Assembly (NCBI RefSeq): GCF_009914755.1
Contig: NC_060925.1
DNA length: 64,000 nucleotides
Reading direction: 5' to 3' (one strand)
Origin: the human T2T-CHM13v2.0 reference genome, Homo sapiens
Of this stretch, positions 1-12,280 are shown piece by piece. Numbering within the stretch: the first letter of the stretch is position 1; each line of letters begins with the position of its first letter. Made by a program: the position numbers and the translations under genes. The notes under the pieces were generated by a model. That model had not been told where the DNA came from, did no database searches, and saw nothing but the letters and a program-made list of their open reading frames with translations.

Positions 1-504
1 CTTATCATCCTAGTCTGTGTGGTATTTATAATAATTGATCATGGTGCACATTTCAGTGAGCATTTGTCAACCCACTCATGTCTCAATGCCCCATGGTTAG
101 GGATATCTTATTATGTGCAGCATTACACAGAGAAGGGTCTCAAGTCCTTATTAAAGATATGAAAAACACTAGGATACAAGGACATATGTATGTCTTTAAG
201 TGACATTTCTTTTATTCCTGTATTTTAGAAGATTAAGCTATCTCAGTAAATATGAATCGTATTGATAGAATGGCTGTGAAAATCAATTTACAGCCAACAG
301 CCCCTTTGTTTTGCTAACCTGTGAAGTTTATTCTTTCTCCAGTACTATAACTGTTACCTGAAGAGCACCAGAGCTCCTGACACACCTGGAGTGTGTGTAT
401 GAACATACACACATTTACAGCAAGAAATCTTTGAGGACAAGAGGGGTGAGGCAATTGTTAACCCCCATCACCATCAACATGAAAGGGCCATTCACTGGTT
501 ACTG

Positions 505-1045
<541 letters not shown>

Positions 1046-3821
1046 CTCACCTCAGGAGGGGGATTCATGGAACAAAGCAGTGGCTAAAATACCAGCCAAC
1101 TTGACAGTGCACAAACTGGTATCAGCAAAGGCCTAAGCAATATCATGTTTCTAAATGGAAGCATCAAGGCGTTGACAGCACAGACACACACACATGCACA
1201 CACACAGGAATTTTATTAACATCCTCTCCTTGCTGAAACTTTTAATGCGGGCCTACAATGCATTCATTGCAAGGTGCCATTAGGGCCAGGCTCACTTCAA
1301 GTGTTACCAATTCATGGGCAGATTAGAGGGCACATTAATAACGTAGTTAATATGAAGTGTTTAGAGCCTCCACATCGGTGACAAATACGACTCAGCCAAA
1401 TTTCCTGACCACTGAGGCCACGGAGGAACAATTTGGTAGATTTCATCAACAGTTCTAATTATGTTCCTGTCAAGTCGAGAACGAAGTAATCCATAACTGG
1501 GGGGTGCTCAGAAACAGTGGCACAGAAGAATAATTTATGCCCAAGGCACAGGGTCCTTTCTGTAGTTAGTGTGCACAACGCTTGACTAACAAGTGGGTTC
1601 AAAAAGGAATTTATTAGGGAAAACACAGCCCTCTCGCTTTGAGAGGCTTGTCAGGTGTAAGCTTATGAGGAGTTATGAGGTAATGACTTCTAGGAAGTCT
1701 TGTTTATACAAGCATCTGGAGTTCAGGGCTCTCGGCAGCCTCAGAAACTGCAGGTTGTAAGATGCAGGATCTTGGCTCCAAGCCTCACTCAGACTTTTTT
1801 CACCCGCTAGATTTGAGCCATGTCTCTTGAGAGGATTTGTGGGCAGACTTTTAAGTGTGACAGGAGGGGAGGCTGGATAGCGGGAGCCAATGAGGAGTCA
1901 ACTTAGGGAATAGATTTTTAAAAAATAACTGTTCGATCCTCAGATAGCATTATCATCGGAGATACAGGGATAATGTTAGAAGGAAAAAAAAAGGGATGCT
2001 TTTATGAGGCTATAAATAATGTGCTAATGGAATGTGCAAAGGAATTGTTAAGAACAGTAAACTGAAATGTCATAATACCCCCAAGCCTGGGCGTGCTCTC
2101 ACCTCCTACAACTGAACTATGAGACAGACAATTGGAAAAGAGCAGGGGGAGGAGAGGAAGGAAAGGGGCAAGGTGGGGAGGTTGGGGGAGGAAACGCATC
2201 ACACAATGTTTGAGTGATTTTCCACTGTGATCTATATTGGGATGCAGCTCCTGTTCTCTCCAACAGGGTAATTTTATACATGGCATTCTTATTAAATATT
2301 TCAAAGGGGGGAGGGGAAGGAGGAGGAGGAGTTACGTGTCTGGTGCATATTTTTTAAGAGTTAAAGCTGGTGTTGTTAGCAGAGGCTTGGTTATTAGCAC
2401 TGATCAACTGTTAATTAAAATAAAATGAAGCTTCTTAAACTTCATCACCTTATTGCAAATTATGCAAAAACCACAACTAATTGCATTATTAGCAAAAATT
2501 ACATTTAAAAATAGCTTCACACAAAGAACTAAAATTATCTCATCTAAACTCGCTTTTACCAAATGAAGCCTGAGGAGACAGAGCTCTGAGGAAAACAAGG
2601 GAAAACAAAGGTTTTTCAGCCTCTCATTCAACGGGGGGAGGAAAGAGGAGGAGAAAAAGAGAGAGAGAGAAAGAGGCAGGGGGAGAGGGAGAGAAAGAGG
2701 GAGAGGAAGGGAGGAAGGAAAGAAGAGAAAGAGATTACTAAATACTAATAGAAATCGTGAATAATGCGACATTACTTAAGGTAAACTATTAATATTAGAT
2801 AAAAAATTTAGATAATTCCTACTAAATACAACATGATATGCATTTGGATATAGCCAATTCCTGATCCTTTACAAAAAATTTTCCAGGCAATGAAGTGAGA
2901 AAAACCAGGATTCCTTATTACTAAGACCTTCTTTGGTTTTCAAATGTGGGGCCTGGTCAGAAATGGGGTGAAAATAAAGCCCAAGAATGAGGAGAAAGAT
3001 GTTTGCAAGTCATTGGGCACTTACATGTGAATATATATACATTTTTTAAAAATAGAAGACTATTATTTATTGTTCTTTTTTCCCCAAAGATGCTGCTACA
3101 CTTCTCCTGGGTAGATAGCCAAGAGCTGCCTGTCTGCAAATGATTCTTCATGCTTTATTTTGCTACACAGAGACTTCAGGGTGCCCACAGGTCCCTCTGG
3201 GCTCTCTCATGTTATACAACTGGCAATATGCTAATGCCAAACAAGGCAGTGCATTTTGTCTTATGAGCAAGCGCTACACAATAGCTCATTTACAATGAAT
3301 CATTGTACATTTAATATCATTTTGATTAATTTTTTCCCTCACTGTACCCACTTACTTTTAAGGCCACCTTCATCTTTACTCAGCAACAGCAGGTATTTTA
3401 GCAAAAAGTAAAACATTAGATGGACAAAAGGACAATTATCATATACATTTCCAGGAATTCCTTGCTCAACATTGACTGACGCTGCTAAGCTGAACTGAAG
3501 GTTCCTTTTGACTGTTAGTCTTGGCCAGGTTTCTCCGGTAGGTGGAGAACACTAGCACTATTCTCCTAATCCAGGAGAGCTAGAGACAAGTCACCTGCTG
3601 AAATGTCATCCTGCTTCAGGGTCATGTTGTATAACCCTTTACATAAACAGCAACTGCCTGAGGAGCATCTTACATTCAACAACTCTGAACGAAACCCTGC
3701 AAGCTCATTCAGCAAAATGGCCACATTTGCTAACAGAGTAAACTGGCCCATCTGGTGGTGCACCCAACTCACCAAAGTCTGGGAGGAGACAAGCCTACCT
3801 GATTTCCCTCTACTCTTTTTA

Positions 3822-4140
<319 letters not shown>

Positions 4141-4198
4141 TTCCTCTACTGCCATCATGCTTTGTAAATTAATTTCTTTTATTTTTTTTTCTCTGTAG

Positions 4199-4316
4199 GA
4201 CACCCAAAATTCTCCAAGATTTAGGAGAATTACAGCAGTACTGAACAATTCCAAGGCATTGACTGCACTAACACTTGCAGTTCCAGCAGAGTCAGCGTGT
4301 CAGGATCCTTCACAGT
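4199..4316 (+). other. Candidate spliced exon (118 nt), host transcript unknown
   Basis: Branch-like TTAAT (A4172), long T tract, ctctgtAG acceptor (4197-4198), donor AGT|GTAAGT (4317-4322). Motif evidence only. Confidence 0.35.
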
Positions 4317-5274
4317 GTAAGTGCTCAAGAAATTACCTATGGATTGACCGTTCTGCAAGGAAAATTGCATATTTTCTAAAAAGAACACCCAATGTTACAC
4401 TTCAAATGTTATAAAAGAATTATTCAACCACATAGTGTTTTGAAAATGTGTAATTTAGAAATAACGTGTAAGGTGAGGAAATCAATTTAGTCATAAGAAT
4501 TCAGTCAGATCCACAGCATTTGATATCCAGTTCCAAGGCTGTATGTATTGTTACTAGCATTAGTTACAATTTCCTGGGCTATCTGTACTAATAATTACAA
4601 GATATCTGCTTGTAGATTTGTAGGCTTTATGGTATGTTGATGCTTTAGTGCTTCTAGGTAGTTTGGTCCTTCTTCAAGATCCAGATTCATCGTTTCTGTG
4701 ACAAATTTGACACACAAAATTAGCCAATTAGTACCATCATTTGTTGTTCTTTTCCTACTCCTCTTTAAAAAGAGCAGCCAATAGATACCGCTTAAGGCTA
4801 AATTTAGGGGAGAGAAAGATCATCTGTCTAAATCAAGGTGGTTAATCCAATTACCACATTTCTCTGAGTATAGCTGCCCTCAGGCTACCATATATCACTG
4901 TTCATCTGAAAAGTGTTCTTCAGAGATTTTGCTGGGGAAAATCTGCCAGCATTGTGCTACCCATGCATAGCTCCATAGAACAAGCAAGTGGCAGTAAAAT
5001 GCTACGGATAGCACATATGTTGAGGCTGGCTCGAGGAGCACCCCAACTGTCACTTATGGAGTTATTCCCTATGCAATGGCATTTAGAGTGCATTGACCAT
5101 CAAAGCTGAGGTGAGACCATGAGTCTCTCTAGTTCTTCATCTGCACAGTTATCACGGGGACACCATGGTTCAAACAACAGCGCTGCAGTGAGGGTGAAAT
5201 GAAACATTGTACAATTCACACATTTTGCAAGCTATAAAGTTGAAAGAGAAAGAGCTAGAGTCAAAGGTGACTTA

Positions 5275-5590
<316 letters not shown>

Positions 5591-5669
5591 ATCAACATAA
5601 CTCTACCCGTAATATAAAGGACAAATAAAGAAAAGTCATTTATTTTTGATTTTTTTAAAAGATGACTTA

Positions 5670-6330
5670 GGTATTTTTCAGTGGAGATGGATATTGGAGT
5701 AAAACAGTGAGTCATTAACAAAATCATAGTCAGGAGGTGATAACCTGGAAAAGAAGATAAAAAATGTTTGAAAAATGATTGTCTTTGACCAGCATCTTGA
5801 AGTGCTGTTGAAAATTAAAAGACAGGTCAAGACTGGAATGTACAATTGGGTATCGCATGCATAGATATGAGCTTTGAGGCCCTACTCATGGAAGAATGAC
5901 AACAACAGATGCTAGCAATTTGAAAACAAAATGTTGTCTAAGAAACAGGGAGAAAGTCAGGCATAGATAGGCTCATGAGACCTAAAGAAGAAGAAAGTGT
6001 CGATAAGGAAAAGGCCATTAAATACAGCAGAAAGCACTGAGACAGTCAGCGGTTTTGGTGATTGGAGGGTCATTGGAGCCTTAGAGACAGCAATTGAAGT
6101 ACAGTAGGGAGGCAGACTCCAGATTACAAGCGGTTAAAAAATGTTCTATGATAATGAGGGGGAGATCAGGCAGATGAAACATTTTCATGATAAAATTGAT
6201 AATGAAGGAATGACAGTAGCAAGGGAGGCAGCTGTGGAGTTTTTTGTTGCTGTTTGCTTTGTTTTTGGAATAAGAGAACTTTGGCATGTAAATGGAGGAA
6301 CCAACTGATAAGAGTTGAATCTTTGGTAAC
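5670..6330 (-). mobile_element. L2 LINE fragment, probably continuing after the LTR to ~6830
   Basis: Degenerate L2 reverse-strand motifs (ggagggtcattggagccttagagacagcaatt, ggcagactccagattac). Confidence 0.6.
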
Positions 6331-6334
6331 ACCG

Positions 6335-6758
6335 TGTTGAAAGAAAAACTTCAGCTGATTAAATTTAAAGGAGTTTAACTGAGCAATGAGTGATTCACAA
6401 ATCGGGCAGCCCCCAGAATCATAGCAGATTCAGAGACACTCCAGCGCAGCCACTTGGTGGAAGAAGATTATATACACAAAAAGGGGAGTGACGTACGGAA
6501 ATCGGAAGTGAGGTACAGAAACATCTGGACTGGTTACACTCAGCATTTGCCTTATTTGAACACAGTTTGAACACTCTACAGTGTATGAGTGGTTGACACT
6601 GACACGGCTGCTGGTATTGGCCAGCCTGTTACAGGCACACACTCCCAAGTTAGGTTCTCAGTCTCATCTACCTATAAAGTTAGGTTGCAGTTCGTCCTCA
6701 AGGACTCAAATATAGAAATACGGAGTCCTTCTCAGGCCATATTTAGTTCACTTTAACA
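6335..6758 (-). mobile_element. Solo ERV1 LTR, MER57 family
   Basis: TG...CA termini and perfect 4-bp TSD ACCG (6331-6334, 6759-6762). The minus strand begins tgttaaagtgaactaaatatggcctgagaaggactcc, as in MER57. Confidence 0.85.
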
Positions 6759-8283
6759 ACCGGAAAGGTTGGCATCAGTTTTGGAAGGGAGGTACATTCC
6801 ACCAGAGGTGAGAGAGGAGAGAAGATGCCTAAACCTCCATTTAACTTAACAATGGAAAAGAACTGCCAATGAAGTGGGTGACGACTTCCAGTCTCTTAAA
6901 AGAATTACAGGCTACCAGGAACGGGAGTCAGGTCAAACAGCCAAACAAGGCTCAACAAATACACAGCCGTAATATTTATATCACAACATTTAATGAGGGA
7001 ACTTAGCTAAAGCGATTTTTTAATGTCTTGAGAACAAAACCGCTTGATTTATTGAAGCTTCTACTTTTTATTCCATTGTTCTGAAATCATGTGGCCCTAG
7101 TTCGATAGAGTCCCATTGTATCAAAAAGCAGAGTTTAAGAAAAAGTACCTGCTTAATTATGTGTTTACCTCTCAATCAAGTGAAATATTTTAGGAGCTCT
7201 AGGTTCTGCTTGTGCAGAGTGAGGGACACAGCCGATGCTGCGATTTCAAAAAAAAAAAAAAAAAAGAAAGAAATCCAGAATGATACATTGGAAACCTATA
7301 TTTTTATCATTAGATCAATTTTCAAACCTAACAAAAATAATTAAGGAAGGTTTTGGAGAATGTAAAGACTCAATTCTGACATATTCACAGCACAATTTTA
7401 GAAACAAAACAAAACAAAAACTTCCTTCTCCTCTAGTTTCCTTTCTGTTATTATACCCACAAGTTTCAAGAATCTGTCTGTTCATCTCCAAAAAGAAAAC
7501 TTCAGGACAGGAAGAATAAGAGAAAACAAGAAAATTAGGTTGCTGTCTCACCAGTGAGTTGAAACCCATCAGCAGTAAGCCATTGAATTTAACTGCACAT
7601 CTTTTATTATTTTATTTTACTTTTTACTGTTTTTCTTTCTACAATCACGGGCCTACCAACACTGTAATCTCCCAGTGGGAGCCAGGCACAGCACAATAGG
7701 ATGACCGGGGAAGCGCCAGGAAAACAGGTGATCTCTCTCTTCTTCCCTCTCTGTGTGTACAAGGAGCTTGGCATAAATGAGTTTTACAACAGCCACCAGC
7801 CATTGCTTATTTTTTTCTGAGCAATCATCAAATATCAGCATCAAGTGGTGCAGTGGCTCCACAATGAGTCGTGGCGGCAGAGTGAGCCCAGCATGCAAAC
7901 ATTTTGGCTAATTCAAAATCCTTGTGCAGCCGAATCAAATATGACAAGACGATGGCAAAAAGAGAGGCTATTATCCCAAATGAGAGTTGGTAGATGGCTG
8001 AAATTGGTTTGAGTGGCAGAGACAAAAGAGGGGCAAAGCAGAGAAATGACTGAGAATAATCCCAGATAAAACAGGCTGCTATACATACATGTGTACAAAC
8101 AAAAACACACCACAGACACACACACTCAGAGCAGAAACATAATTGCTTCCAAGCTTTAGTACTGGACGGATCAAACATGCAACCAGCTTATAATAAAAAT
8201 AAATAATAAAATTACACATGATAAGCATTTGTCCAGTCACAGGTAAAGATATATTCTATTTTTTTTTTTAAATACAACTTTTA

Positions 8284-8634
<351 letters not shown>

Positions 8635-9812
8635 TCATATTTAAATAAATGTGCTGATGTCTAATAGCTGTGACTATGGGGAAGACGGGAGTCACTGATT
8701 TAGGACTGGCAAATTTTGGCTTAAAGATAGCCCAGTGGGTTGGTGCTGAGAGTCCAAAGATCCCCTGGTCATCAAGAGAATCTGAGAGAGTGGGCTGGAG
8801 ATGAGGAATTCCTCATGAAAGGCAACAGAGAGCTAAAAAGCAGGCTGATGGGGTCCTGAGCCACGAACCTTGACCATAGCTTACAGTGCCATGGCTTCCA
8901 CCCTGAGGAAAGATGACCTGTGGGGAGCTGTCTTTTGTAAGATTAACAATTTAAAAGGGTTGAAGAGAATTTTTTCAAATAGTTGTGGCTGCAGACTTTT
9001 TACAAAGTAGGTTACAAGGTCAGCCAGCTTTCAGAAGCTTTACATTGTGAGGTGTTTTTGTCATTGTTGTTGTTCCAATAGAGAGAGTAGACTTAGGGTG
9101 GCATGCAGCTACAAGCCCAAAATATGTATATAAATGAAAGTCTCTTTACCACAGCCTAGGTTTGGGAGATGAGCTTTTCTTTAGTCTGTTCCCCAGAATT
9201 ATGCCTTATATATAACTGCACATGAGAAGGCATGAAATGGAGACTAAAGCCACCATGACAGTTGACTGTTGCATTCCATCTGCACTCAGCTGGTGAAACA
9301 CCTTTCTCTTGCCTTAGATCTCCTCCTAGCCAAGCACCTGAAGCCAGGAATTGCGAGGGAACAGAGAGATCATTATGTGTTTACTCCTATCATACATTCT
9401 CAATATCAAGTAAAAATTGGTTCTCACGTTGATAATGATGAAACAAGCTCTAGTGTGGCAACAGAAACTGGGTTTAGTTGGTTTTTCAGTCTATAAAAGT
9501 GTTGTCTTTAGTACATGAAGATCACACCACTGACAGTTGGCATTTACAAATTTGTCATTTTTCCCTGGTTTTGATAATGCCTTTGAAACAGTGACACTCC
9601 CTTTTCTGATACTGTAGTGACTAGGGGGACACATGGGTAAGACATTCAATGAATTTTAGAGGAATACAGTGATTTTTTTTTGAAGACGAAAAACAACTGG
9701 CCTAGATAGGGATCAAATTCCTGACTTTAGCCTCAACTCACCAGGCTATAACCAAGTAAATTTACCTTAAATAACAATTGTTTAAGGTGAAAATAATTGT
9801 CAAGTAGTTACA

Positions 9813-12280
9813 CAGGCATACCTCAGAGAAAATGTGGGTTTGGCTCCAGACCACTGCAATAAAGTGAATATCACAGTCAAGTGAGTTACAGGAATTTTTT
9901 GGTTTTCCAGTGCATTTAAAAGTTACATTTATACCATAATATAGTGTGCAATAGCATTATGTCTAAAAAACAGTTTTAAAATACCTTATTACTAAGGAAT
10001 GCTAATGGTCATCTGAGCCTTCAGTGAGTCGTAATCTTTTTGCTGGTGGAGTGTCTTGCCTCAATGTTGATGGCTGCTGATTGATTAGAGTGGTGGTTGC
10101 TGAAGGCTGGGGTAGCTGTAGCAGTTTTTTAAAAAAGGACAACAATGAAATTTACCACAGTGATGGAGTCTTCCTTTCATGAAAGATTATCCTGCACGCA
10201 GGGTAAAACTTTGAAAGAAGTTTTACTACCCACCATAAAACTTCTTTCAAAATTGTAGTCAATCCTCTCAAATCCTGACACTACTTTATCAACTAAGTTT
10301 ATGTAATATTGTAAATCCTTTGTTGTCATTTCAACAATCTTCACAGCACCTTCGCTAGGAGTAGATGTCACCTTAAGAAACTACTCATCTGTAAAAGGCT
10401 TTTCCTTTTCCATTCAAATTTTATCATGAGATTTCAGCCATTCAGTTGCATCTTCAGGCTCCACTTCTAATTCTAGTTCTCTTGCTATTTCCACCACATC
10501 TGCACTTCCATTCTCTACTGAAGTCTTGAATCCCTCAAAGTCATTAATGAGGGTTGGAATCAAGTTCTTCCAAACTCCTGTTAATGTGGATATTTTGACC
10601 ACCTTTTATGAATCACAAATGTTCTGAATTGCCTCTAGAATGATGAATCCTTCCAGAAGGTTTTCAATGTACTTTACCCAAATCCTTCAGAAGAATCACT
10701 ATGACAGCTATAGCATTATAAAAGGCATTTATTAAATAATAAGACTTGAAAGTCAAAATTATTTCTTGATCTATGAGCTGCAGAATTGATGTTGTGTATA
10801 TGAATGAAACCAACATTCATCAACATGTCCATCTCCATCAGAGCTCTTGGGTAACCACAGCTTCATGTATTTTTCATTCATCTATTGAACAGATGAATGA
10901 AACCAACATTCATCTCCTTGTCCATCTATCAGAGCTCCTGGGTAATCAGGTGCATTGTCAATGAGCAGTAATGTTTTAAAATGAATCTTTATTTCTGAGC
11001 AGGAGGTCTCAACAGTGGGCTTAAAATATTTAGTAAACCATTCTGTAAACAGTCAACCAGGCTTTGTTGTTCCATTGATAGAGCACAGGCAGAGAAGGAT
11101 TTAGCATCATTCTTAGGAGCCCTAGGATTTTCAAAATGGTAAACGAGCAATGACTTCAACTTAAAGTCAACAGCTGCAGTAGACTCTAACAAGAGAGTCA
11201 GCTTGTTCTTTGAAGCTTTGATGCCAGGCATTGATTTCTCCTTTCTATTAATAGCTAGGAAAATCCTAGATGGCACCTTCTTCCAATAGAAGGCTGTTTC
11301 ATCTACACTGAAAATCTCTTGTTTGCTGTAGCCACCTTCATCAACGATCCTAGCTAGATCTTCTGGATAACTTGCTGCAGCTTTGAAATGAGCACCTGCT
11401 GCTTCACCTTCCACTTTTATGTTACAGTGATGGCTTATTTCCTTAAACCTCATGAACCAACCTGTGCTAGCTTCCATCTTTTCTTCTGCAGCTTCCTCAC
11501 CTCTCTCAGCCTTCACAGAATTGAAGAGAGTTAAGACCTTGCTTTTGATTAGGCTTTGGCTTAAGGGAATGTTGTGGCTGGTTTGATCTTCTACCACTAA
11601 ATCTTTCTCCATATCACTAATGAGGCTGTTTTGTTTTCTTATCATTGGTGTGTCCACTGGAGTAGCACTTTTAATATTCTTCAAGAACTTTCCCTTTACA
11701 TTCACAACTTGGCTAACTGGTGCAAGAGACCTAGCTTTTGGCCTGTCTCAGCTTTCGACATGCCTTCCTCTGTAAGCTAAATCATTTCCAGCTTTTGATT
11801 TCAAGTGAGAAGTGTGTAACTCTTTCCTTCACTTGAACACTTAGAGGTCATTGTAAGGTTACTAATTGGCCTGATTTTGATAGGTTGTGTCTGGGGGAAT
11901 AAAGAGGCCCAAGAAGAGGAAGAGAGACGTGGAAACAGTGCATTGGTGGAGCACTCAGAATACATATAACATTTACTGATTAAGTTCTTGGTCTTATATG
12001 GGTATGGTTTGTGGTCCCCAAAATAAGCACAATAATAACATCAAAGATCACTGATCATAGATCACCATACAAGATATAATAATAATGGGAAAGTTTGAAA
12101 TACAGTAGAATACTGCAAAAATTACCACAATGTGACACAAAGACCTGAGGTGAACACAGGCTGTTGGAAAAATGGCAGTAGGTTTGCTGGACAAAGGTCT
12201 GCCACAAACTTTCAATTTGTAGAAACATGCAAGATCTGTGAAGCTCAGTAAATCAAAATGCAATGAACAAGGTATACCTG
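9813..12280 (-). mobile_element. Tigger1 (TcMar-Tigger/pogo-like DNA transposon), near full length, inactive
   Basis: TIRs caggcatacctc... and ...aggtatacctg followed by TA. About 2.47 kb long, with transposase remnants inside. Confidence 0.95.
10177..11705 (-). pseudogene. Disrupted Tigger1 transposase
   Basis: ORF 10989-11705 encodes a CENP-B-type HTH region ([11 protein letters not shown]) and the first DDE motif ([13 protein letters not shown]), then frameshifts. Further pieces lie at 10414-10602 and 10177-10371. Confidence 0.9.

Noticed and set aside
3744-3760. CTCF-like motifs (also ~54855 and ~60371)
   Set aside because: Each mismatches the core GGC positions, so they cannot be supported without ChIP data.
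8801-8816. Perfect 16-bp palindrome ATGAGGAATTCCTCAT
   Set aside because: About one such palindrome is expected per 64 kb, and there is no supporting context.
10989-11705. 238-aa ORF as a domesticated TIGD-like gene
   Set aside because: It lacks the N-terminus, frameshifts after the first catalytic Asp, and the rest of the transposase is broken. It is an ordinary Tigger1 fossil.
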